Shown here one piece after another: positions 55,384 through 64,000 of a DNA stretch of 64,000 bases. The notes under the pieces are model-generated. The model was not told the origin of the DNA. It ran no database searches and saw only the letters and a list, made by a program, of their open reading frames with translations. A program made the translations under genes and the position numbers. Within the stretch, counting starts at the first letter, position 1; each line of letters begins with the position of its first letter. This stretch comes from Planctomycetota bacterium (GTDB lineage Bacteria > Planctomycetota > SZUA-567 > H5-PLA8): contig JBBRPR010000013.1 of NCBI GenBank assembly GCA_038227875.1, forward strand, positions 96,001-160,000, in the 5' to 3' direction.

Positions 55384-57720
55384 TCAGCTTCCCTTCGTTT
55401 TTCGCTTGGACTCGCGCGGCGCTCCGCGCTCCTTCGAAACTTCGTCGGTGTAGTGCATGATCATCGATTCCATGTCGCGGTGCTGCAGAATCGTGGCGAA
55501 GTAAGGATGCGCGAAATCGTACTGCCCTTCACGCTCTTCGAACACCGCATAAAGCACCAGCCGGTCGAGAATCCGCGTGACTTCCTCCAGCGAGATGTTG
55601 ACTTCCCAATCGCCCAGCAGATCGGCCACCTGCTGCGCGGAGAGCGGCCGGATGTTCTGCCACGCGACCAGCAGCAACAGCAGCTTCTCGGTCGGGCGGA
55701 TGAGATTGGAATTCATCACACGCACGATCGCTTCTTCGAAATCCGGATGCCGCGCCGTCTCCTCGACGTCGCTGGCCAGGATCGTGCGCCGTTTGCGCTG
55801 CGCCAGCCGCTTGACCAGCAGGTCCGAGAAAATCTGAATGATGTTCGGATGCGTGCTGGTCTTTTCCAGGATCGCCGCGACCAGCGTATCCTGGTCCTCA
55901 AACGTCAATCCCAGCTCCAGCATCGGCGTGGTCACCAGCGACACGGCGCTCTGCCGGTCCAGGTACGAGAGCTTGCGGAAGATCAGGAAGTTAAAGAAGA
56001 GCGATTCGTAGTCGCGGAATCGCGCAAACAGTTCACTGAAGCCGGCGACGTAAATCGTCATCCGACCCTCAAAGCTCAGCGACTTGAAAATCTGCATCAG
56101 CGGCTCAGCGCCCTTGCCGATCGCGACGAAGTCGTCGATCTCGTCGAAGAAGCAATAGAGTTCCTTCCCCGACGAATCCAGCCAGCGGCGCAACGCGCGT
56201 TCGAAATCGGCGAGCACGAAATTCAACGGCAGCTGGAGTTTCAGCGCAAAGGCCACGCGTTCGGCCAGAGCCAGCGCATCGGTGACGCCGCCGCACTCCA
56301 GGAAAATCGTTTCCGCGCGCGGGCGCTTCTTGATTTCGTCCTGGAGACGGAAGAGCAGCGAGGTTTTGCCGAGGCGGCGCGTGCCGACCAGCGCGTAGCC
56401 CTTCGGCGAGCGCAGGATTTCCTTGAGCAGACCTTCGCGGCCGTAGAACATCTCGCGCACCGGCGCCTGCGATTCGTACGGGGAGAGACTTTCCAGGTCG
56501 CAACCGTCGAGCACCGGCTTCATGAACGCGGTGTCGGGCTCCTTCGACAGCGCCACCTGGAACATGTCGCTTTCTTCCAGCACCACGATGTCGTGCCCGG
56601 ATTGCGCCGCCTCTTCGCGCAACCGCGAACGGTTGGAGCGCATCGTCAGGATCACGAAGATCTTCTGCGTGAAGCTCTCGCGCAGGATCCACTCGTCCAG
56701 CCGCGCGATGGCGTTGGCGTCCAGATCGTGGCGGCGCGGCAGCAGCAACGTCAGCTGCGAGAGCTTCATGTTGCGCAGGCCCAATTTTCGTCCGGCGAAA
56801 TAAAGGAAGTCGTCGGTCTGGCCGCTCTGCTGCAGTTCGAAGCGGATGCGGCCGGTGAGATCGTGGATGATCGGTTCTGCCGCGCGGGCCAGGTCCTTGG
56901 TGGTCGGGTGCGTCTGCATCACGCGCCGCCATTCCTGGAGCAACCCGATGAACGCTTCGCGATTCTTCCAGACGTTCGCGTCGAGACCGAAGCAATCCAG
57001 CCAGTGAGCCATGGAGATCTGCTTGCTGCGCTTGATGGCGCTGCCCAGCGCCAAAAAATTATCGAACGAGAGCAGCCCGATGAATTCGTGCGCGTGTTCG
57101 CGGATCAGCTGCGGAATGTCGCCGAAATGGACCACGTGTTTGCGGTCCTGCTCGTCTGAGAACTGATAACGCCCGTCCGCATCGCGGCGCAGAAGCTGCG
57201 TTTCGACGAAGCCGTCGAGCTTCAGGCGCACTTCGATTTCCGGCAGCAGCGGTTCGAAGATGCCCAGCGCGCCATTGATTTCCCGCAGCGAACGCGGCCC
57301 CGGTTCGCCCGCTCCGGCACTGGAACCCAGCGCGCGCAGAATGACTTTTTCGGCGAGGCTCAGCTTCTTCCACAGCCCCGAGACCCGCGTGGTGATCGAC
57401 GCCGTGAGCTTCTCCGCGTCGCGGTCCCAGCCCCGCGAATACTCCAGCAGCCGTTCGAGAATCTGCGTGCGCGCCGCCGGTTCGCGGTTGGCGAGTTTGG
57501 TCAGCGACGAGACCAGCGAGTTGCGAATGTCCGGGCTGCTCAGCGCGCCCATGCGGTCGTAAACGGAAAATGTATGGGCCAGATCCAGCGGCTGATGCCC
57601 CTGGATGAACCGCAGCGCATCGAGGCACAGATCAATGCGCCCCGACTCCGCGATCCCCTGCAGCATCCACCACATCTGCTCCAGGCGCCCTTCCCGCTGC
57701 GCCTGTCGCACGAGATTCAT
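55384..57720 (-). CDS. STAND/AAA-like P-loop ATPase with long N-terminal region and C-terminal winged helix
   Basis: SPY...PV.EMFYGRE, GTRRLGKTS (Walker A), CFFDEID (Walker B) and THPNIIQ motifs. Start set at ATG 57720 because the longer start lies within a repeat. Confidence 0.8.
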   Translation of the reverse strand: MNLVRQAQREGRLEQMWWMLQGIAESGRIDLCLDALRFIQGHQPLDLAHTFSVYDRMGALSSPDIRNSLVSSLTKLANREPAARTQILERLLEYSRGWDRDAEKLTASITTRVSGLWKKLSLAEKVILRALGSSAGAGEPGPRSLREINGALGIFEPLLPEIEVRLKLDGFVETQLLRRDADGRYQFSDEQDRKHVVHFGDIPQLIREHAHEFIGLLSFDNFLALGSAIKRSKQISMAHWLDCFGLDANVWKNREAFIGLLQEWRRVMQTHPTTKDLARAAEPIIHDLTGRIRFELQQSGQTDDFLYFAGRKLGLRNMKLSQLTLLLPRRHDLDANAIARLDEWILRESFTQKIFVILTMRSNRSRLREEAAQSGHDIVVLEESDMFQVALSKEPDTAFMKPVLDGCDLESLSPYESQAPVREMFYGREGLLKEILRSPKGYALVGTRRLGKTSLLFRLQDEIKKRPRAETIFLECGGVTDALALAERVAFALKLQLPLNFVLADFERALRRWLDSSGKELYCFFDEIDDFVAIGKGAEPLMQIFKSLSFEGRMTIYVAGFSELFARFRDYESLFFNFLIFRKLSYLDRQSAVSLVTTPMLELGLTFEDQDTLVAAILEKTSTHPNIIQIFSDLLVKRLAQRKRRTILASDVEETARHPDFEEAIVRVMNSNLIRPTEKLLLLLVAWQNIRPLSAQQVADLLGDWEVNISLEEVTRILDRLVLYAVFEEREGQYDFAHPYFATILQHRDMESMIMHYTDEVSKERGAPRESKRKTKGS

Positions 57721-57795
57721 ATCGAAGTCTGTGGGCGAGGTGGTCACGGGTGTTGAGTGTAGCAAGTCTTTTGGGGATTGGAAGGCGGGACGGAC

Positions 57796-58092
57796 GAACG
57801 GATGGGATCGGGGATCGGGCATCAGGCATCCGTAAATGGGTGAGTACTGTTATGAAATCAACGCGCAGTTTGGAAGTCGTGACCGCCACAATTGCGGGTA
57901 GAGGGTCAGATTCAAAGTAATCGGGATGATTTGGAATTCGGACTCCAATACGACGGTGCTTGGGTGCCTGCTGACAATCACAGGTCAATATATTTTGGAT
58001 TCAAACTGACCCGCCCCCACCTGCGCACTATCTTAACGCAGCGCACACCAACTGACCGATGCCAGATGCCCGATCCCCGATCCCATCCGTTC
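57796..58092. repeat. 35-bp inverted repeats flanking a ~227-bp lower-GC spacer
   Basis: 57796..57830 and 58058..58092 match at 34/35 as inverted copies of GATGCC(T/A)GATGCCCGATCCCCGATCCCATCCGTTC. Confidence 0.85.
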
Positions 58093-59209
58093 ACTCCTTC
58101 GACTCCGGCACTCCGACCAGCTTCAACACGCTCGGCGGCGGGTCCTTTTCGAGGACTTCGATGTACGCGTCGCGTTTCAGTTTTTCGAAGAGTTCCTTCT
58201 TGCGGGCTTTGAGTTGCTCCTGGAGGCAGAGGCCTTCGGCTTTCTCAGACGCTTGTTCAAAAGTCTGCGTCGCGGCGGCGCGGTAGCCGACGCGCTGGAC
58301 GATCACGAACCAGTCGCCGACGTCGATGGGCTGCGACAACTCGCCGTCTTTCAAACCCTGGGCGATCTTCTCCTCGCCGGGAAAGCAACCAGACGGCAGT
58401 TCGGTTTTGCTGCCGCGGGAGAGCAAGCCGCCCTGCTTGGCAAATTGCGGATCGTCGCTGACCTTCACGGCGATGTCGGCGAAGCTGGCGCCGGAGTTGA
58501 TCTTGTCACGCACGAGCTTGGCTTTCTCGAGCGCGATCTCCGGCGTCGAAGATTCGGCCTTGGGAATGCGGATACGGCGGAGTTGCCACGCGTCCTCCTC
58601 GTGGAACTGCTCGGGGTGTTTTTCGAAATAGGCCTTCGCGGCGGCGGGCGAATTCACCAGCGCGCCCAGGCGCATCGACAGCACGTAACGGCGGAAGAGT
58701 TCGCGGGAGAGACCCTTTTCCCATTCGTCAAGCGTTTGGCCGCGGCGCTTCAGGGCGGCTTTCAGTTCTTCCTCGCCACCGGCGGCAGAGATCAGTTCGC
58801 GGCGCAGGCGGCGGATTTCATCGGCTTCCTGGCGCGTGAAATAGTCGATCGCCTGTTGCGCACTGAGTTCCTGACCGGAGCGCGAGACGAAGTACTTGAT
58901 GATGTCCTTGCGCGTCTTGTCGGCGAGCATGTCGATGATCTTGTCCTGCGTGGCGGTGTCGAGCGCCTCGGTCCACGCGCGCTGAACTTCCTTCTGCAAC
59001 GCCGCCGGTGTGAGCATGCCGGCTTTAAGTTTGTCCTGGATCAGTTTGTAGCTGTCGGAAAAGACGAGCTGCACTTCGCGGATGCTGACGATGTCCGTGT
59101 CGATTTTGACGGCCGGTGCGTTGAACGTGCCGCCACTGCCCGGCGACGCCGCGTGCGTGAGTGTCGTGGCGCAGCACAGAATTACAGCAGCAAGCCAACC
59201 GCTTTTCAT
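58091..59209 (-). CDS. SurA/PpiC (parvulin-type) peptidyl-prolyl isomerase/chaperone
   Basis: Signal peptide; YFEKHPEQF, GASFADIA..VSDDP..AKQGGL and LKDGELSQPI motifs; GGAG RBS. Confidence 0.85.
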   Translation of the reverse strand: MKSGWLAAVILCCATTLTHAASPGSGGTFNAPAVKIDTDIVSIREVQLVFSDSYKLIQDKLKAGMLTPAALQKEVQRAWTEALDTATQDKIIDMLADKTRKDIIKYFVSRSGQELSAQQAIDYFTRQEADEIRRLRRELISAAGGEEELKAALKRRGQTLDEWEKGLSRELFRRYVLSMRLGALVNSPAAAKAYFEKHPEQFHEEDAWQLRRIRIPKAESSTPEIALEKAKLVRDKINSGASFADIAVKVSDDPQFAKQGGLLSRGSKTELPSGCFPGEEKIAQGLKDGELSQPIDVGDWFVIVQRVGYRAAATQTFEQASEKAEGLCLQEQLKARKKELFEKLKRDAYIEVLEKDPPPSVLKLVGVPESKE

Positions 59210-59246
59210 CACATCCGCTCCAATAGAATAGACTGGATTGCGATCT

Positions 59247-62200
59247 TCATTTCTTGGGACCCGTTCCGTTGGGACCATTCGGCGCGACAGGAATCAAGGG
59301 CGCGTCGGGTGGCGGATTGAGCATCAATTCCAGCGACTCCTTGGGCGAGATGCCCTTGTCGATATAATTGAGCGTCTTCTTCAAGCTCGTCGGCAATCCT
59401 GGAATGCGTTCGATGATCATCTCGCCTTGAATGTGGCTGCCAGTGGTGCCGGGCAGACCGGCGCCCATGCGGTCGGCCAGCTTCGCGGCGTTTTCGTGGT
59501 CTTCCGGCAACGGCCAGTTGCGCAGGAAATTCTGGCGGCCCGTGTCGAGCGCGGTGAGGTCCTCCATCGACTTCAACCCAAACAACGCCTGCCGCGCTTC
59601 GTCGCGGACATCGGCCCACGGGAATTTCAGCGTCGGCGTTGCCGCGGTACCGGCGATCTTCAACGGAATATCGCCTTTGGCCATGCGCGCAAAGTACGCA
59701 TTGGACTGCACCGCCCAATTGGCAATGGACAGCCGCGCCCGGGCGCTCTGCGGCAGGGTGGTCGGATAGACAGACGTCTCGGCCAGCGTTTCATCGGTCA
59801 AAATCACGCCTAAATTTGCGACGCGCAGATCCAGGCCGCTGGTGTCGCCCTTGCCGGTCATCTGGAAGGGTTGCGCCGACGCCACGCCCTGGCGGATCAC
59901 CACGGTGACCGTGACGGGGTCGAACTCCCAGTGTTCCTGCTCGAAGCCAAACGCCTTGGAAAGATACGCATCGAGCCCCACCAGCAGACCGTTGACGTTG
60001 CGAATCGGGCCGGACGCGACGAGATCGGCGTTGGCGGCGTCGCTGCTGACGGCATCGTGGCCGGCGGCCAGCGCATACGCGTTGGCAAATTTGTCGCCGC
60101 CGTTGAGGTAGGAACTCTGCCATGCCGGCAGCGCGTCGGCCTTCGCGAGCTGGGCGGCGGGGATGCGTTTGACGGCGAGGTTCGAGAATCTGAATTTCAT
60201 GCCGCCATTCCAGGTCAGGCGGTTTTCCAGATCGAAATCGGAGCCCTGCAGAGTCCCCTGCATTTCGGCGCGGCCGCTGACGGCGTAGCCGCCCTTCGGT
60301 TCGCCCAGTCCGAGCACCGCATTGAGATCGGCGTCGAGCAACTTGAGCTGTTCGTGGTGTTCGACGCCGCGCACGGCCAGTTCGCCATTCGTGTTGAGCA
60401 GCCGCGCTTTGGTCAGATCGCAGTCGGCATCGCTGAAGGTCAGCTTGCCGCCAAAGAGCGAAACGGTGAGCACCGGGTACGAAATTTTGAGATTCTTCCA
60501 CGTGAATTCCGGCAGTTCGACAAACGAATGGGTGGTGTGTCCGGCGATCAGCGCCGGTGCCTTGAGGCTGCCGCTCACGGCCAGTTGGTTCAGCGCCGCG
60601 AATTTCCGTTCCGCATTCTCCGCGATCGGCGGCGTCAGGCCGACCATGCTGAAGAGATGATCGTGCGCGCGGAAGAGCGCGTTGACGTTCAGCGGCGTGC
60701 TGAAGCTGACCGGCAGACTGATGTCCAGCGGCATCCCCGGCGCGCGGAAGGCGCGGGCAAGGCTGAGCTTGGCGTCGAGCGAATTGACGTGGAGATTGGG
60801 CATCGTAAACGACTGCTTCACCGCGCCGCCGGGCTGCAGGCAGTCGACGTCGGCGGTGAGTTCCTTCCAGATCAGATCGCGTCCGGTCAGGTGGAGCGTG
60901 CCGCCGAGCGCGGCCTTCACGCCGTTCTCGTCGGTGCCCAGCGCGAGGCTGACATCCTTCAATTGCGCGTCGAGTTCCAGCGAGTCGGCTTCGGGGTTGA
61001 GCCCCTTCAGCCGCGGGTCGTCGGGCTTAAGTTCAGGGAATTTGGCGGCGAGTTCCGTCGGCGACAGGAATGAATTCTGGAACGCGATCAAGCTGCCGCG
61101 GTAGAAGAGATCGGCGTCCTTGAGCGCGCCCTTGACGTGCAGGTCGGGCGTGAAGTTGAGGATCGACGCGAGGTAATTCAAGTCGGCGTCGACGGAATGG
61201 ATGTGCATGTCGAGCCGGTCGGCGACGGGGTCGTACTGCAGGTTGCTGGCGCTGCACGGCAGCGGGCCGCCGGCGACGAGCAGCTCGTTGATCTTGAAGT
61301 TGCCGGGCTGCTGCTGGGTGATGTCGACGTCAAAGCCGGTCAACGCGAGGGTCAGTGGCTGGCCCTTCAATTCCAGGCTGCCGACGTGGGCCAGCGCATG
61401 GCGGCCGTGCGAGTAGAGGCAGTCCTTCAATTGCAGCTCACACTTTTCTTTCGCGGGCTTTTTGTATTCGTACTTCAAGGCCGGGATCTGCGCATTGATG
61501 AAGGCGTTGTCGAAGAGCAGGTTGCCGTTCATCGCCACGGTGTTGTCGGCGGCCAGCGCCAGGCCCATCTTCAATTCCCAATCGTGGCTGAAGTTGAAGA
61601 CCGCCGGCCGTTGCGCGCCGGGTTTGGGTTCTGCGCCGTAGACGGTGAAGTCGTTGCGCAGGCGTCCGCCGAGCAACTTCCACGTGCGGATTTTCGGATC
61701 GCCGATGCGCGAGAGCTGCAATCCGACCGCTGACCACGTGCCTTCCGGCTGCCAGTCGCGGCGGATCAGGCTGGCGATCAGCGCCGGCGGCGGATGGTTG
61801 GGCTGCGGCTTGCGGTAGTCCTTGCAGAGCCATTCGACCAGCGGGCGCGATTCGACCTGCAACGATTTCACGGTCAGATTGTCGCCCAGATGATCGAGCA
61901 GCGCCGCCGGGCCGCCGTCGTCGATCAGCGCGGAAAGGTTCTCGGTGAACGGCGGCGCGCCGTCGGCGACGGGAAGCAGCCGTGCGGAGAGCTCGCGCAC
62001 TTTCAAGACCGCGCCGGTGACGTCGAGGCCGCTGAGGAAGAAATCGGGCTTCTCCTTGAGCTGCTTGAAATCAAAATTCTGCAGGTCGAGCGTGTCCTTC
62101 TCGCGGTCGTAGGCGATCTGGAGGACGAGGTTGCCGGAGACTGGATATTCCGGCGGAATGATGTTGAGCGTGCGCAGAAAATCGTACGCCGGCGGATTGA

Positions 62201-64000
62201 CCTGCCCGGCCATGGTCAGTCCGGCGAGCGTGTCGGTCCAGGTCTGATCTTTAAAGACGCTCAAGTTGGCGAGCTTGAAGATGTCGAAGTCTCTCATTGA
62301 AACATTGAACTTGCCCAGGCTGCCTTCCACGTTCAGCGCATCGATGTTCAAGCGCTGAACGTCGGGCTCTTCCTTGGTGCCGCTCTGGCGCTGCAGGAAC
62401 GTGCCCTTCACGCTGACCGAGGCGTGATCCTCGGCCCAGCTCCAGCGGCCTTCGGTAAAGGTGCCGGGCGCGCCGTGATCGTCGGCCGGGCGCGCACCCT
62501 TGTAGGGCATCTCGATTTTGAAATCCTTGCCGGCGATGTTCATTTCGAAATCGATGCGGTTGTTGTCCTTGCTCTTGGGATCGAGCACGCGCTGCAGGCT
62601 GACGCGGCCGGATGGCTTGAGTGAACCGTTGAGCACGGTGTCGCGGTAGAAGCGGATGATGCGGCCGTCGTGGTCCTTCTGCAGCGCGTCGTAGTTGGCG
62701 AGGTACGATTCGATATACGGATTGAAGCGCTCGCGCAGCGCGGCGACGTCGAAGGAATCGGGATGCTCGGGATCCTTGTCGTAGGTGCCCAGTCCAATTG
62801 TCTCGGTTTTGTCGTCGCGGGTACAGTCGGCCTTGAGATGGACGTTGAGCGGCTTGCCGACTTTCGATGCGACTTCCAGATAGAGCGATAGGTAGGGTTG
62901 CTGCTTGCCGTTCACCAATTTCGGGTGCGGATAGATGTCGAGCACGCTGATCAGTTCGACCGGCGAAGGGTCGTCGGGTTTCCACTGCCGCGCGGCGGTG
63001 CCGTTGGCGGCGATGGAGATCTGATCGCCCTTGCCGGAGAGCAGCACGACCAGGTTCAGCTGCTCCTGCGGCACGCTGTAGCCGAAGAGCTTGAGCATCG
63101 GCGCGAAGTTCTGCGAGAACTGCTGGCCGTTGAGATCAAGCTTGAATTTCGCGCCGGCATTCAATGCGCCGGCGGCATCCCAGAAAATGTCGACCGGCAC
63201 CAGGCTGTCGGCGCGGATCGACGGGGCGCTGAAGCCGAAGTTGTCGACCAGCGCGTGGGTATAATGGCCGTTCTCACCCGGCTGCGCATTGGCGCGGCAG
63301 TTGAAGTTTATCGGCAGTTCCTGGCGGATGCGTTTGCGCTTCTCCGTCGGCAGCTTCTCCGCGGCCGGGTCGTCGATCATCACGTAGCTGTCTTCGCTGT
63401 TGAGTTTGACGTCGATGTTCAGGCTGCCGTTTTCGGAGAAGAGCGTGGCCTTGCCTTTGAGCAGCCCGCCGAAGCGGCCTTCCAGACCGAGGCGCTGGCC
63501 GACGTCCGTATCGAGCAGTTGCTCAGCCTGGCAGACCAGGTCGCCGGTGTAGTTGATGCCGCCGGCCACGTTGGTGCGGCCAAAGACGCGCAGTTTCAGA
63601 AAGCTGTCGCCGGTGGTGTTGGGCTTGGGTCCGCAGCGGAGGGTCACGTCGACGTCCTGCGGCAAAAATCCCTGTCCCGCGTTGAGCGACTTGACCGTGA
63701 AGTCGAGGCTCATGGGAATGTTGCCCAGCGGCGGCTGGTTGTTGGCGATGTCGACGATCGAGACCAGGCTTTCGCTTTTGACGTTACCGTTGAGGGTCAA
63801 GTGCTGCGGGTCGGCCAGCGCGAGCGTGATCTGCCCGCTGTACGGTTTGCCCGGGACGACTTTGATGTCCTTGTTGTACGGCTCCCACGCGTAGCCAAAA
63901 TGTTCGGAAAGACGGGCGACATCGAAGTCCACCAGGTCGAGCTGCAGCTTCTCGGTGGAGAGCTTGGAGAAGTCGATGGCGCAGGACGCGTCGAGCAGAT
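59247..64000 (-). CDS. Very large AsmA/TamB/YhdP-like protein; 5' end lies beyond the window
   Basis: Frame open past 64000; beta-strand-rich; LFGGKL and C-terminal IPLKIAGTAATP pattern typical of AsmA-like proteins. Confidence 0.6.
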   Translation of the reverse strand, partial: LLDASCAIDFSKLSTEKLQLDLVDFDVARLSEHFGYAWEPYNKDIKVVPGKPYSGQITLALADPQHLTLNGNVKSESLVSIVDIANNQPPLGNIPMSLDFTVKSLNAGQGFLPQDVDVTLRCGPKPNTTGDSFLKLRVFGRTNVAGGINYTGDLVCQAEQLLDTDVGQRLGLEGRFGGLLKGKATLFSENGSLNIDVKLNSEDSYVMIDDPAAEKLPTEKRKRIRQELPINFNCRANAQPGENGHYTHALVDNFGFSAPSIRADSLVPVDIFWDAAGALNAGAKFKLDLNGQQFSQNFAPMLKLFGYSVPQEQLNLVVLLSGKGDQISIAANGTAARQWKPDDPSPVELISVLDIYPHPKLVNGKQQPYLSLYLEVASKVGKPLNVHLKADCTRDDKTETIGLGTYDKDPEHPDSFDVAALRERFNPYIESYLANYDALQKDHDGRIIRFYRDTVLNGSLKPSGRVSLQRVLDPKSKDNNRIDFEMNIAGKDFKIEMPYKGARPADDHGAPGTFTEGRWSWAEDHASVSVKGTFLQRQSGTKEEPDVQRLNIDALNVEGSLGKFNVSMRDFDIFKLANLSVFKDQTWTDTLAGLTMAGQVNPPAYDFLRTLNIIPPEYPVSGNLVLQIAYDREKDTLDLQNFDFKQLKEKPDFFLSGLDVTGAVLKVRELSARLLPVADGAPPFTENLSALIDDGGPAALLDHLGDNLTVKSLQVESRPLVEWLCKDYRKPQPNHPPPALIASLIRRDWQPEGTWSAVGLQLSRIGDPKIRTWKLLGGRLRNDFTVYGAEPKPGAQRPAVFNFSHDWELKMGLALAADNTVAMNGNLLFDNAFINAQIPALKYEYKKPAKEKCELQLKDCLYSHGRHALAHVGSLELKGQPLTLALTGFDVDITQQQPGNFKINELLVAGGPLPCSASNLQYDPVADRLDMHIHSVDADLNYLASILNFTPDLHVKGALKDADLFYRGSLIAFQNSFLSPTELAAKFPELKPDDPRLKGLNPEADSLELDAQLKDVSLALGTDENGVKAALGGTLHLTGRDLIWKELTADVDCLQPGGAVKQSFTMPNLHVNSLDAKLSLARAFRAPGMPLDISLPVSFSTPLNVNALFRAHDHLFSMVGLTPPIAENAERKFAALNQLAVSGSLKAPALIAGHTTHSFVELPEFTWKNLKISYPVLTVSLFGGKLTFSDADCDLTKARLLNTNGELAVRGVEHHEQLKLLDADLNAVLGLGEPKGGYAVSGRAEMQGTLQGSDFDLENRLTWNGGMKFRFSNLAVKRIPAAQLAKADALPAWQSSYLNGGDKFANAYALAAGHDAVSSDAANADLVASGPIRNVNGLLVGLDAYLSKAFGFEQEHWEFDPVTVTVVIRQGVASAQPFQMTGKGDTSGLDLRVANLGVILTDETLAETSVYPTTLPQSARARLSIANWAVQSNAYFARMAKGDIPLKIAGTAATPTLKFPWADVRDEARQALFGLKSMEDLTALDTGRQNFLRNWPLPEDHENAAKLADRMGAGLPGTTGSHIQGEMIIERIPGLPTSLKKTLNYIDKGISPKESLELMLNPPPDAPLIPVAPNGPNGTGPKK

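Noticed and set aside
57721..57822. Listed start MPDPRSHPF for the ATPase
   Set aside because: Derived from the inverted-repeat arm; the same peptide appears from the other arm.

Overview
GC-rich bacterial chromosomal window, inferred to be Planctomycetota-like from its ECF sigma factors with long C-terminal extensions, Hanks-type kinases, PKD/Ig surface proteins and sulfatase-superfamily enzyme. No rRNA, tRNA, CRISPR array or transposase was recognised. From left to right it holds: three prepilin/pseudopilin genes behind a sigma54-type promoter; a Ser/Thr kinase divergent from a STAS protein; three secreted proteins; and a ~19 kb locus (13.3-32.4 kb) with two divergent paralogous modules. 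Each module has a membrane-anchored ECF sigma, a FeeM-type N-acyl amino acid synthase and a ThiF adenylyltransferase. The right-hand module adds a small ORF, a nitroreductase and an ABC exporter, so it resembles a split OxzAB oxazolone pathway. The two sigma genes share a 41-bp upstream motif. Further right are a SPOR/TPR lipoprotein, a phosphonate-monoester-hydrolase-like enzyme, ltaE, serA, two lyase-like proteins, a 2933-aa repeat surface protein, a porin, a STAND-like ATPase followed by a frameshifted degenerate ATPase-kinase, a SurA-like PPIase and a truncated AsmA-like gene. The top candidates for undescribed biology are (1) the sigma-coupled N-acyl amino acid/oxazolone signal loci and (2) a C-terminal domain shared by the papain-like protease and the giant protein, a candidate sorting signal. 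All family calls come from reading motifs by eye; no searches were run.
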